Assembly: GCF_009914755.1 (NCBI RefSeq)
Contig: NC_060936.1
Reading direction: 5' to 3' (one strand)
DNA: 64,000 bases
From: the human T2T-CHM13v2.0 reference genome, Homo sapiens
Below, piece after piece: positions 33,878 through 50,333 of this stretch. Position numbers and translations under genes: made by a program. How positions within the stretch are numbered: position 1 is the first letter of the stretch; each line of letters begins with the position of its first letter. Under the pieces are notes generated by a model. That model saw nothing but the letters and a program-made list of their open reading frames with translations, was not told the origin of the DNA and searched no databases.

Positions 33878-36286
33878 TCATACATAAAAGAATTCAAAAC
33901 ATCCTCGTCAAAGTATCATGTCACAGAAAATAATTATTTTGGGAAGTAGCATTTCCTTAGTAGGATCTTACATTCAAATACAGGGATATAATCATTGTCA
34001 GTGCCAGGGGAGAGGAACACTGCCTAATGACTTATGTTTTAAATGTGTGAGATCCGCCCAGCTGGGGCTGCAGGACCTTTCAACTGTGTCCATGTCTAGG
34101 ACAGTGCTTACCTAGCATTTAGTAAGTATGCAGTAAATATCTGTGAAATAAACATATGGCTGAGGAGGCATTATAATATGAGAGGAGAGAGTCACTCAGT
34201 AACAAAGAAGACAGACATTGGGTCACGCTGTTTCCGTTTTAAGCTTTACATGCATGCTAACTTTTGATATAGAAAAGTGGATTTTGCGAAGGGTTGGAAC
34301 AAATAACATATATATGGTTAAGTGGAACTTAGATAAGTAAACTTGAAGACAACAGCAAGAAATCTAGAATCTCTTAGATATCATTCCACTGACTGTCTTC
34401 TAATGTGAGTCCTATCAGTGAATTACGGATATTAAAGTGGAGGTTTGAATGATCATCTCTCCTCTTTCAATGGAGTAACAGCTGTTGTAAGCTATGTTTC
34501 AACAGCATAGACCAGGCTGCCACACTGTCATAAACTAATTTTGGCTATTCAACATTATTATAGTTGAAGACACTTGTGAATGTGCTCTGCCTAAAGCACT
34601 GGCCAGAAAGATATCATGGGCCGCCTTCAACATGATGGGTATTGTGATGGTGTCAGAGTTGCAAATAAGAAGTCTCAGAATTCAAAGGTTTTATTTGCTT
34701 CTGACATGCTTAAAGTTCTTGGGCACTTCTTGTTTTATTCCTTGGGCCTGGGAGCTGTGAATGGTTAAGGAACTGTTTCATTTCTGCAACTAAGGATAAA
34801 ATGAAATGGTTCAGTGGCTACTTTAGCAAAATAGTCAGCTTTTACAGTCAGACTACATCCTAGTGAAGCATTAACATGGCCACATTTTTGCAGTGAGCAG
34901 CTGTTCGTTTACGATATGAAATCCTAAAATAAGGAGGAAAACCAAAGCTTGAGTTAACAATTCAATTATTTGTGTTTGCAGTGAAGAATTATGATGAATA
35001 TAAAATGAAAGGTCTATCAAGTCATTTGGGAAGCAATGTGTCCTCTCTTGCCAGCACTTACTTCACTTCTGGCCATAGATTGGGAGTTTTGAATGCAGCC
35101 ATTACCTCCACTTTCTGAGTGCTCTACTCAACGTATTTACTCCACACATTCAGAACTAAAGACCATCCACCACACACTGCAATGCTTAAGTCAACATTTT
35201 AGGGCACAAAATCTTCAACATTGGGCTCAAATTTACATTAGCAGCTGAGAAGCTCCCATATCAAGCCTAAAACAGCTCTGTTTGCTGGTTCACAAGTTTC
35301 TTCTGGGCTGATGCTGAAGTTGTGGCCAATAGGCTGGTGATGATCTGCTAAGGGCTCCAGAGAGAAACATCAAGATAGAGGGTAACCAAATAATCAGCAG
35401 AGGTCAAAAGTCTAAATTTTCCTACAGTACGATATTTTGTCACCTTTCAGAGCTGGCTTTGACCTAAATGAACAGAGTACTATTGGATAGATTACATGTA
35501 CTTTGCAGCCCTCATCATCAACAATATCCTGGATGAAATTCTGAATGAGTCATTTGATTAGTAGTCCCTGGCACAGTTGAACATTAGTTACTGCTGGACA
35601 CTCTGTGTGGGCCATTCAGTGGAGGTGTGTATGCCATAGGAAAGACCTTGACCCCTTATTGCTCTCTGCATAAGGCAAGCATGAGCACAAACTTGTCAAT
35701 GGGTGCCAAGCATTTTGGGTTGGAGCATCTGCTCTTTATGGGTTTTGGGGAGAAGGACAGTTGCCCAGGACCTGGAGACCCAAGAACCAGTGGGAAGTGT
35801 CCATTGAAACTGCAGTCAAGATGAAAACAAACACTGGACTATGGAAGGGGAGTTGGGGGTAGTCCCATTCATTGGGAGAAGGGGGGCACCTGGTTCTACT
35901 CAGCTCATTCTGCAGAGTGAGTATTCCATGTTATTTTTTGACAATGTAACTTGAGACGCAAAGATGACAAAATAATACCAGAGATGAAGTGAATGGCTTT
36001 AGGATAGTCTGTTTCAGGCTGCCTTATTTGGAGACATTTTTTTATTGGCATCTGAGTCCTCACTGACTAGAAGGCAATTGTTAGGTCACCCAATGAGTTT
36101 AGATAGTGATGGAGATGCAAATCTGGGAAATGGTACCTCTTAACTAAGAAGGACACATTCCTGTGATTACATTGGGGTGGAAACAGGATGACATGATATT
36201 CTATTTAAATTATGACAGAAATGGAAGCTGATTTCTGTTTTCTTTAACAAATAAATTGCCAGAAACACAAAAGAGAAAGGAGATTT

Positions 36287-37015
<729 letters not shown>

Positions 37016-37599
37016 TTAAAAAAACAGTTGGTTTTAATTAGGATTTTATATATATCAGGGAAATGTGAACATTGAGTGAATATTTTATAAGATTAAAAAT
37101 ATTGCTAATGATGATATTTAGTTATGTGTTTTGAAAGAGTATTTTTTAGGCATACGTTAGTAAAAAGATGGGATGATGCCTGGAATTTCTTCATAACTCC
37201 ACCGGTGAGGTGGAGAAACCAGACTGAGAGTGGAGATGAAGCAAGGTTGGTTGTAAGCAAATCACTGTTAACACTGGATGATGCATGGTGATTCATTATG
37301 CTATTTTTATTTTTGTATATATTTTGAATTTAATAACAAGCCTTTGAAAAAGAAAATAATATCAATTCCCTTAGAAAGCCCTATGTGGATGCCTTGTGTA
37401 AACAGATATTTAATTAGTCTGGCTTTCCTTTCATAGACGGTGGTGATGGCTGCCCGCACACAGTCTTTTCCAGACCATATGGCCCGTCTGCCCACAAGAC
37501 AAGCTCTCCAGGGCATCCCACTGCCACTTGCTCTTGAGAAGGGCCCCACTGTGGCTCTGCCCAGTTTTTCATAGCAATGGCTTCCTCCTAAACAGTTTT

Positions 37600-38085
37600 C
37601 CTGCTTGGGATCCAGCTTTTGCCCCTCCTCCCCACTTCTATTTTCACCAATGCTGCCAACATATAATTTCTTCTCTTTCCTTCCCAGAATATCTTTAAAA
37701 CATAAATCTGAATATGTTACTCTCTTACTTAAAGCTTTTCATTGGTTCCTCAGTTCTTTAAGAATAAAATACAACCCCTGTGCAAGAGCTGAGCTGGCCC
37801 CCAGAGGGTCACGCCATTCTCCCCCATCCCAATCCAATCTGCTAAATTCTCTCTTCATAGAACCACTGCAATTCCTTAAATAGCACTTTTCTAACATCTT
37901 TAGCCCTTGCACCTGTTACTCCCTATGCACAAACACCTTTCTCCCATTTGTTATCCTGTAGAATTTCTACTTTTACTTTAAAGCTTGGCTCAGAGTCTCA
38001 TCCTTCAGAAAGGCTTCCTGGTGGCTTAGCTGGAGGGGCTAGAGGCCTTCCTATGAGACCCACAGCTTCTGTGCATTCTTCTGAT
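37600..38085 (+). mobile_element. L2 fragment
   Basis: ctttaaaacataaatctgaatatgttactctcttacttaaagcttttcattggttcctc and cccttgcacctgttactccc. Confidence 0.65.
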
Positions 38086-39532
38086 GTTTCTAAACTTTTA
38101 TTTTCATTCTTGCTCTCAAACAAGGAGAAGAGTGAAATTATTTTTAAATTCTCCTTAATGAGAGAAGTTAAATATTAAGGACTAGAATTCCATCAGGTAT
38201 GATTGAGATTTGGAGGGCCACAAACTATTATAATATAATATCCAAGCTATCACAAGAACCAACTTTTAAGAACCAATTTTTGCCCCCCTTGAGAATGCAT
38301 GTTCTAGCATATGCCTTTCACTCTATGTTTTAAGGATCTCGCTACTTGGTTCTTCATTAGAATAAGAATACCTTGAAAACAGAGATTTTTAACTCATATC
38401 CCCATAACCTAGAACTATGTCTGGTACCAAAGCAAACTCAGTAAATGCTTGAACAAGTGAGCAGAAGGATGAATGAATATTAGCATGTAGTCATTGGTTC
38501 CCAGGCTGAGATCTCCAGAAGAGTATTGCGAGTCAGCTTCCCTGCTATGCCAAGGTCTAGTTTCCTTTTCTAAGACATGTGATGCAAACCCAATCTCATT
38601 CAAAGTTTGAGAATACAACCTCAGCTGCCATTGTGGGGACAAGCAAACCTAGAACTTCCTCCCTCCACCGTGCCAGGAGCGTTGAGTCAGCTTTAGGGTC
38701 AACTGCCAATTCCACCTGCCTTCTCGGGCTTTAACTCAACTGGTGAGGCCCTGCAGCTTAGGAGGAGGGTAATAATTGCCATTTAAGAAGGAATACTCAG
38801 ACTATTTTGGAGATTGAAGCACTCCTAGATACACTCTCCTTGAGGCTGCTCCAGTGTAGAAGTCTTAGAAAGGAGCAACTAGGGTGTTTAACTAGAAGAG
38901 AAACTTCTGAGAAAGAAAAACGTAGAATCACTAGTAAGTTTCAAAGTGAGCCTAAGCAGATGTTAATGATATTATAAACAACTTTTATATCCCAACAGAA
39001 GGTTTACAACGATTAGTGAAAGACAGGAAAGGGGGCAAGCCTACTTGTTTGTTCTGCTCAGCTCTAGTTAACAAAATTAATGGAAGCACGGAACAGATGC
39101 AAAATTGCTGCATTACTTATCTGCAATGTTATTTTCAGGCTTCTTGAGTGCCGCCTGTTTAACAAAATGAATGCTATCTGGCTTGAATCCATAATGGTAG
39201 CTGCTTCTGTGGCCAAATAGGAGGCTTGGATTTGGGAGAGAGCCTTTGGAAGGCGTACATGTGCAGGTCAGTCAAAGTTCACTTCAACTAAAAGTGATGG
39301 AATTAATTTTAGAGTACGGCTAAATTTCTTGGAGTCGGACAGGCCTGAGAAAGTAAACCATTTGAACAACACTCTCTACAGCTCCCTTACTGCTGCACGG
39401 TCATTTTACATAGATATGTCACAATGATATACCAAGAGATGTCCAAGCAAGTGTTGAGTGTTTCAGAGTAGAATTCAAATTTCTTTGTGTAAGTGATAAT
39501 TTTAAGTCTCAAAACTAGGTTTGTTTGTGACA

Positions 39533-39735
39533 GCATTTCTCAAAGTGTAGTTCTAGGACTAGCAGTTTTGGCATCATCTGCAAACTTGTTAAAAATGCAA
39601 ATTCTCAAGTTTGCATTTGACTGAGAATCCCTACCCCACAGACCAACAGGAATGGGAACTCTGGGAGAGGGGCCTAGTCATCTGTGTTTTAATGTCTTCT
39701 GGGTGATTCCGATGTACACTCAAGCTTGAGAGCCG
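39533..39735. mobile_element. MER5A-like MITE
   Basis: ttctcaaagtgtagttctaggactagcag...gcatcatctgcaaacttgttaaaaatgcaaattctc...tcaagcttgagagcc. Confidence 0.75.
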
Positions 39736-40752
39736 TCCCTTTATGAGATCAAGCATGCAAAAAAGAGAAAAGTACTTTTTATCATAGGTCCTTCTTGCAG
39801 CCAGCTTCTTGCCAACACACCTCTTTCCACTGCTCCTAGGACAGCCAAGATCATTCTTGGGAGCTTGGAATGGGGCATCTCTGCTACACCAATACTCCAA
39901 TCTGGGTTTAGGGGAAAAAGCTACTGCAAATTACTTAGCTTGGCTTAACACTGGTAAACTATAAATATTTGAAGCCCAAAATATGAATCTGTCTTCAAAG
40001 GACTAATTTAATCAGTAATAAGGCTGTATAAAGGTTATTTGTTTTGAATAGGACAAGCTGCAGCCTGAAAATGGTTTTTTTTAAACACAGATTACAGCCC
40101 ATGAAGGTAAAGTATTGATTTATGGTCTCCAAAAATATGCTATATATTAGAGTAATATTCCCCAAACCAAGCGAGAAATCATTAATAGCTGTATATTTGA
40201 TTGACAAAAAGGTGGTAATACAAAGCCGACTTTTGAAAACTATATGTGATAGATTTGCAAACCTCTATCTCTTCCTACAAATCCCCAAAAGTCTCTACTG
40301 CTTTGCTTCAGGGTTTCCTCTCAGGCCCTAGCCAGGTCTTCCAACTCTCTTCATTTACTTTGGACTCAGAAACCATCAAGGCAAAACAATAGATTTTTTC
40401 AAGAGGATTATTTGCATTGCTGATTGGGTATTGGGGATTGGGTAGCAGCCTCAGGAATCCCAGAGCCTTGGACCCACACAAGAACCACTGGACACTACCT
40501 GAGTTACATTCCTTCAGTAATGGAAGACGACAAATGCAGAAGCTCCTGAAGGCAGGAGGGTGGCTGAATTCAGAGTGAGGGAGGAAAACGCCTACAACCC
40601 CAAGTGTTCCAAAAGATTTGGCCATTGTTAAATAAAGCTGAAATTCACTTTTAAAATATCCAAATACAGTAATGACCACTGATAGTCAACATTCATTGGG
40701 CCTCACTAGGTGCAAACTTATTGGTGAGTTATTAAATATATTACCTCCTTTA

Positions 40753-41135
<383 letters not shown>

Positions 41136-41329
41136 CTCCTCCTTTAATCCTTAAAACAGCCATGTAAAGTAAGCATTAAATGGACATTTACAGATGAGGA
41201 AACTGATGCTCAGAGAAGTTAATTTGCCTAAATTTCCCAGATTGTCAGTTGTGAAGCCAGTCTGGCATTCTTAGTCTTTCATTCTACTGTTTCCCCCAGC
41301 TTGGGCTAGAAACAGAGTTAATTCAGACT

Positions 41330-41875
41330 CTCTTGAATGGCTCATTCAGCGCTTTCATCAAGTGATTAAAATTAATGGTCACTAACCAAGTCCAGTGGGC
41401 CTCATTCCTGTTTTAAGTCCTCTAATGGCCCCCCATTGGTTTCTGGGATAAAATTCAAATTTCTTAACATGATTTACAAGGCCCATAATGACTTGGCTCC
41501 AGTATACCTTTCTAGCTTACCTACTACCAAGTCCTTGCACACGTTATGCTTGAGCCATATCTGCCTACTAGAGTGTGCCATGCTCTCCCTAACTTTCTGC
41601 ACCACTTCACAAATCCCTTCGAGACCAAGGTTGTTAGAATCTTTTCCTTGAGGTCCTCAGGCTGAAATGGATGCCTTCACATTCTCTTACCATTGTGGAA
41701 TATTTTGTGCATATCCTTATGACATTCATCATATTGTTAATTATTGATTTTCTTGTTTCTCCTATTTGGTGGTAACTGATTTAAGGGCAGGATTGTGTCC
41801 CTTTTATCTAAGAACTGGTAGTCCATGGCACATTGCCTGATACTTCATAGACAATAAACGAATGCTGATGGCATG
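41330..41875 (+). mobile_element. L2 fragment
   Basis: ggataaaattcaaatttcttaacatgatttacaaggcccataatgacttggctcc...ggcacattgcctgatacttcatagacaataaa. Confidence 0.65.
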
Positions 41876-44223
41876 ACTGAAAATCGAGGGCTTTAGCAGC
41901 ATTTGGGAATAGTTCTACCATCTCCTTGGGTAAGGTACACAGCAGGGTAGCGAGACTTGGGAAGCTGGAAGAAATGCTTACATTTTGAAGTAGTATCTGT
42001 TAAACCCCAATTGCAGTACAAGCTAGCTTAGGAAACCAAGTTCCATCAAGTATAGTTATAAACTTCCTGTGACCAGAGAGAGAATCATCACTGAAGGATG
42101 GAGAGCAGCCAGCAGTTAAAGGACTGGAAAACTCCTGCAGTGCAGAGGGCCCACATTAGTATGAGCAATATTTCTGGGGGTGGAGAATATACGCTGAATA
42201 TTACCATTCAAAAATATTGAGACGAAGCATGACAACTATTTAATGTGATAGTTCTAATCACCAGCATAATTTCAGATTAAGCATTATATCAAACTTTCAA
42301 AATCAGTGACTGTCCAAAGGGTAAATGCTTATTTTCCACTCAGTCATATCTTGATCAAGGATCAGAACGAATGCAGAGAAAGGGATTTCAGGAGGTAATT
42401 AGAATACAGATAGTCCCCACTTATTGAGTGGAGCATGGACTGTGCCAGTATTTCCTTCAGTAAGCTACAAGAGCTCCCTGAGATGGGTACTATTATGTAG
42501 ACATTACTGAAAATGGGACCAAATCTCAGACAAGTTTACCAAGTTGCCCAAACTCTCACAGCTCAAATGTGGTAGAGCTGAACTTTAAACTGAGGTCTGA
42601 TTTTTTTTTTTAATTTATTTCAATAGCTTTAAGGGTACAAGTGATTTTTCATTACCTGGATGAATTGTGTAGTGGTGAAGCCTGAGATTTTTGTGCACCC
42701 ATCACCCAAGTGGTGTACACGGTACCCAATATGTAGTTGTTGTTGTCCCTCATCCCCCGTCTACCCTCTCTTCTTCTGAGTTCTTATATCATGTCTGGTT
42801 TTAAAACATTTGCTCTTTGTGAAGATTTAGTTTGCCTTTAAATAATCTGTGGTCAGGCTTTACATTTTGAATAATGTTTTTTTTTCCTCCCTTACTTTGC
42901 TCTGAATAAAAATGAATTCAGATACTCAAATTATATTTATGATGTTATGAGGGAAGAGGATACTAGGATCATATAAATTCTTCCAAATCAATAACTGAAT
43001 AATTTTCAAAGAGTGATCTTTTATAAAACCATGTCTGAATGAGTATATATTTCTGTATATCAATATGAGAAAATCTGGTTTGGGTAAGCATGTCTCTCAT
43101 GCCAATATTTATAGTCTTATTTTGGGTGGTTGTATGTTTTTCAATGGAAGGTTTAGGATTTTAAAAACAGAGCCTCTTAAAATTAAAACATATTTAATAA
43201 GCACAATAACCATCATAATAGTATACATAGAGATTGTAGGGGAAGGGTATAAAGGGGGAAAATGAGGCAAAGGAAATCAGTAACTGAAAATAAGATCTAG
43301 CTCTCCAAGTGCTCAGTTGTTTCAGAAACTCCTGCCAACTGGTAGACACAGCCTGGCTTTGAAACTGGGTGCATTGCCAGCTGTGCACACTATACATATT
43401 CATCTCTGGCTTGGCTTTTTCACTTTGCAAGGAAGGTAGCTGACATCTGCTGAGCAGGGCAAATCATGCAAAACAGGTTTCTCCACAGGGCTTTGCCTCT
43501 TCACTAGGACAGAACCCAGGCTGATGCTAAAGGCTTCCTCTCTATTTTGAAATCAATCCCCAAAAGAAAGTGCAACTGAAGCAGGCTTGTAAGGAGAGAA
43601 ATGCAAATGTTGGCACAGAAAATCAGTTGCTTAAGAAATAATGAGTGCAAACCTGTGCATATTTTTAAACATTGGTTATAAAATATATTTGGATATAATC
43701 ATTATTATCAATTGTACTGATGGATGCAACTATAGATTTTTTTTTACTTGGAAAAGGAATCATAAACACATAGCCTGACATAACCGTGAACTCTAGATCT
43801 AGATGACCTGATTAACAAAATCCCAGAACATTGCCACAACTTCATTATTGGTTGCAATGAAATTATATACAGTAGACGTTCTCTTAACCAATCTCCACTT
43901 AACCAATTTACTGAATTAATTGTGGCTGTTCGTCTTCCACCATAAAATGTACAGACCAATGCCATGGCATGCTCCAGAGCAATAGGTTTCTTTATGTTGC
44001 CCCTCTGGGCTTCTGCTCCTGCTCCTGCTTGAGTTGTAAACTTCAAAATCTAGAGGCAATTATATTTATTCCTAAACCCGTTTATGCCAGCTGTACTTGT
44101 TATTTTAACTATGTAATTTAATTAATCTTATATAACCTATGAAATATGAATGTAGTTGTTCTATGAAAACAAAATCCAATGGTTTGGAAAGATTCAATAA
44201 GGGTTCGTTAGGCAAAAATCTAT

Positions 44224-44530
44224 GGCCAGGCGCAGTGGCTCACACCTGTAATCCCAGCACTTTGGGAGGCCGAGGTGGGCAGATCACTTGAGGTCAGGAG
44301 TTTGAGACCAGCCTGGCCAACATGGCAAAACTCCATCTCTACTAAAAATACAACAATTAGCCAGGAAAGGTGACACACACCAGTAGTTCCAGCTACTCAG
44401 GAGGCTGAGGCACAAGAATTGCTTGAACCTGGGAGGTGGAGGTTGCAGTGAGCAGAGTTGGCGCCACTGCACTCCATGGCACACTCCAGCCTGGGTGTGC
44501 CACACAAAACAAGAAACAAACAAACAAAAC
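44224..44530 (+). mobile_element. AluS element within a probable Tigger-family DNA transposon remnant (~43870-44890)
   Basis: The Alu dimer is clear. The host starts TA|cagtagacgttctcttaacc, typical of TcMar-Tigger ends; the host call is less certain. Confidence 0.8.
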
Positions 44531-44924
44531 ATCTACTGTTAATTACCTAATGGAAAAACTCTACAACATTGGGGAAAACCAAAATCTAGGTGGAGGAAGA
44601 ATTCAGATTGCTATAAATTCTTTAAAGTCTCACTGCATTAAAAACCAAACCAAACCAAAATAAAACTGGAAATCATAAAATATATATTGTGGATACGGTT
44701 TAGGCAAACAAACAAAAAGACTTGTAAGTATAATCAGCAGAACCATATTAATAGGAAAGGCCTTGACTTTACCCACGAGATTGGCAAAATTGTAAATTAA
44801 ACGTTTACTTTATGGATCCATATCACATTCTGTAATTCCCCACATTAGCTGACTCTTTTGGTGAATGGACACTTTTCAATTGGCTCTATATTCTTATCAT
44901 AATCAGATAAGATGTCTCTTATTT

Positions 44925-45080
44925 CAGGGCTACCCAAAGTGTGCTCCTTGCACCACAGCTGTGGCAGCATCTGGGTGTTTATTAGGAATCCAGAATCTCA
45001 GGTCCCACCTGGGGTGGTGCCAGGATCTGTGTTTTAACAAGCTCTTCAGATATGATTCTATGCCCTCCTAAGTTTGATTG
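44925..45080. mobile_element. MER5A-like MITE
   Basis: cagggctacccaaagtgtgctcc...cagaatctcaggtcccacc...ggatctgtgttttaacaagctc. Confidence 0.7.
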
Positions 45081-45736
45081 GAGGGCCTAAAAAATGTGTA
45101 TAGCCCTTTTGAAAAGCAACATGGGGCATGACTGACTCATCAGGAATCATAGACATTTCCTTTGTATTCTTACTCAGCCATCCTGCTTCTAGGAATATTT
45201 TCTTATTTCAAAAGAAAAAAAAAGCTGGATAAAGATATCTATGCATAAAGATGTCTATAAGAGTACTATTTACAATAATGAAACAATTGGAAGCAATATA
45301 GTGATTTAAGAAGAGAAGAAAGGTAAATCACAGGCAGTCAATAAAAATGATAGATATTAAGAGTTTATAAAACGATCAAATGTTTACAATGTAAAATTAG
45401 GTAAAAAAATGCAACATTCACTTGGTTATAGTTATGCCATATGAATACCAATAAAAACTAGAAAACTACCAGTTTCACTGTATTAGATGATGATTTAGAT
45501 TTCATCTTTAAAAATTATTTTCATGCAATTATAATATGTTTTCTATAATGAAAATATCTTAATGATATCATTTACAAGCACCATTATTTAAAATTTGTAC
45601 TACACTCTCAGCACAAAATTTAAAGACTCTTTTAGCTGTGAAACACTGCTGCCACATCACTAGCCAGCTGTTGTATGTAAAACATCAAGATCTAATATCT
45701 TTGGTGACAGATGGGCAGTTCGAAAAATCAGTTTTA

Positions 45737-45985
<249 letters not shown>

Positions 45986-47663
45986 TTATGGTAGTCTTTA
46001 GAGGAAAAGAGGTTCAACTGTTTTTAAATTGTACTTCATTGACAACTCCCTCCCTTCTTCTAGTCTTATTTGGGTTGCCTGCCATGATATTAAATTGCAG
46101 AGTATTAAAAACATTTTTTCTTATACTTTTTTCAATTCAACAAGAACATATGTGTCACTCAGGAAGCATACAATTCCTAGGAAGGGAGGTAATGGGCGAG
46201 GGTCTGCATAGACCCAGGTATCCTTGTCTTTCTCCATATTGTTGTATTACTTTTGATCCTTGGTAGTCCAGATACTAGGAGAGCATTAAGAGAATGACAG
46301 AAGGCAAGGTGTAATAGAGTTAGTGGAAGCCTAAGGCTTGCACCTCTGCTACTTCCACTTGCATCTGGAAACTCACTATGGCCAGAGTAGCATGAAAATT
46401 TATAGATGAATCCATAGCTTCTTATTTGGAAAGTGGCCACTGAGACTCTAAAACTGGCTGTGGACCAGGGTAGGTCTGTTGAAAAAAATTTTAAGGTCCA
46501 TAATGAAACAACAAAAAAAATAATGTGAATGTAGTATGTATATGTTTCTATGTGTGTATATGTATATATACACAGATTTGTAAGAACAGCCTTTTATGCA
46601 TTATATCTGTGCCAGAGACTGCTAATTGTCTCCCAGCATCCATTCTCCCTTCCCTTCTTTTAAGTTACCCTCTAAAAATGCATGCCCCAGACTCTCTGGG
46701 GACCCTCCCCACCTCTTGCCTGTAGCTAGAAAATGGTAACAGGAGGGAGGCGGAGCAAGGTGGCTGAATAAAAGCCTCCACTGATCATCCTCCTTGCAGG
46801 AACACCAAATTTAACAACTATCCATACAGAAAAGCACCTTTATAAGAACCAAAAATCAGATGAGCAATCACAGTACCTGGTTTTAACTTCATATCATTGA
46901 AAGAGGCACTGAAGAGGGTAGGAAAGAAAGTCTTGAACTGATGATGCCGGCCCCTCCCCCATTCCTTCTGCAGCAGCCACATGGCATGGAGAGAAAAACT
47001 GTGCACTTGTGGGAGGGAGAACACAGTGAGGGAGAGACTGCATTGAAACTCAGTGCTACCCTGTCACAGCGGAAAGCAACACTGGGCAGAAGTCAGCTGA
47101 TATCCACGGAGGGAACATTTAGATCAGCCCTAGGCAGAGGGGAATCACCCATTCCGGTGGTCAGAACTTGAGTTCCAACACGCCTCACTGCTGCACGCTA
47201 AAGTGTTCTTGGGTACTAAATAAACTCAAGACAGTTTAAAGCCACAAAGACAGCAATTCCTGGACAAGCCCTGATGCTGTGCTGAGCTCAGAGCCAGTAG
47301 ACTTGGGGGGCATGTGACCTAGTGAGAAACCAGCTGGGGTGGCTAAGTGAGTGCTTGCAACACCCCTCCCCTAGCCCTACACAGCACAGCTCACAACTCC
47401 CAGAGAGAGTCCTTCACTCTAACTGAGTAGAGAAGAGGGGAGAGTAAAGAAGACTTTGTCTTGCAACTTGGATATCAGCTCAGCCATAGTACGACAGGGC
47501 ACCGGGCAGAGTCCTAAGGCCCCTTTTCTAGGTCTTTGCCCCGGGATAACATTTCTAGACACACCCAGGGCTGCAAGGGAACCTGCTGCCTTGAAGGGAA
47601 GGACCCAGTCCTGGCAGCATTTTTCACCTGCTGACTAAATATCCCTCGGGCCCTGAATAATCA

Positions 47664-47985
<322 letters not shown>

Positions 47986-49441
47986 AAATCAGCAGCAGTA
48001 GTCAGGTAGTACTTGCTGTGGGCCTTAGGTGAGACTCTGAGTTGTGCTGGCTTCAGGTGTGACCCAGCACATTCCCAGCTGTGGTGGCTATGGGGAGAGG
48101 CTGTTTCTGCTTGAGAAAAGCAGAGGAATAGTAAAAAGGACTTTATCTTGAAGCTTAGGTACCAGCTCTGCAACAGTAGGGTAGAGTACCAAGTGGGCTC
48201 TTGGGGTCCCTGATTCTAGGCCTTAGCTCTTGGACGTTTGTGGACCTGCTCTGGGACAGAGGGGAGCCCATCGCCTTGAAAGAAGAGTCCCGGCCCTGGC
48301 AGCATTCGCCACAAGCTGACTGAAGAGCCTTTGGGTCTTGAGTGAACATCAGCAATAGCCAGGCAGTACTTGCCATGGGCCTGGAGCAGTGGTGGCCAGG
48401 GGGAGAGACTTCTCTCCTTGAGGAAAGGATGGGAAGGACTTTGTCTTGTGTCTTGGGTGCCAGCTCAGCTATAGTAGAATAGAGCACCAGGTAGATTCCT
48501 AAGGTTTTTGACTCTAGGACCAGGCTCCTAGATGGCATCTTTAGACCTGCAAGGGGCCAGGGGGAGCTCACTGCCCTGAAAAGAAGGATACTACCCTGGC
48601 TGGCTTTGCCACCTGCTGATTGTAGAGCCTTTGGTCCTTGAGTGAACATGGCCTAGTGGTAGCCAGTAAGGGTTTACTGGCAGCCATAGTTGAGACCTAG
48701 TACCACGTTGGCTTCAGGTCTGAACCAGCATAGTCTCAGTGGTGGTGACCAAGGGGTGCTTGTGTCACCCCACCACCCCTCAGCTTCAGGCAGCTCAGCA
48801 CTGAGAGAGAGACTATATCTGTTTGGAAGAAAAGGAAGAGAACAAGAGTCTCTGCCTAGTAATCCAGATGATTCTTCTGGATCTTACCCAAGACCACCAA
48901 GGCAGTATTTTTGAGTCTGCAAGAGCCATAGTGTTACTGGACTTGGGGTGCCCCCTAATGGAGATACAGGTGAAGTGACCAAAAACTTAGATCACAACAC
49001 CCAAGCCCCTTCGAATACTTAGAAAGCCTTCCCAAGAAGGACAGGTACAAACAAGCCCAGACTGCAAAGACTATAATAAATACTTAACAATTCAATTCTC
49101 AGACACCAATGAACATCCATGAGCATCAAGACCATCTGAGAAAACACGACCTCACCAAGTGAACTAAATAAGGCACGAAAGACCAATCACAGAGAAATAG
49201 AGATGTATGGCCTTTCATACAGAGAATTCTAAATTACTGTTTTGAGTAAACAATAAAGTTTTGAGTGTGTGATAATACAGATCATAAATTCAGAATCCTA
49301 TCAGATAAATTCAACAAAGAGATTAAAATAATTTTAAAAAATCCAGCAGAAATTCTGGAGTTGAAAAATGCAATTGACACACTAAAAAAATGCATCAGAG
49401 TCTCTTAACAACAGAATTGATGAAGCAGAAGAGATAATTAG

Positions 49442-50161
<720 letters not shown>

Positions 50162-50333
50162 CTACAAGATCTAAAAAATAGCCTCAAAAGGCCAAATCTA
50201 AGAGTTATCGGCCTTAAAGACGAGGTAGAGAGAGGGATGGGGTAGAAATTTTATTCAAAGGGATAATAACAGAGAACTTCCCAAACATAGAGAAAGATAT
50301 CAATATTCAAGTACAAGAACCTTATAGACCACC

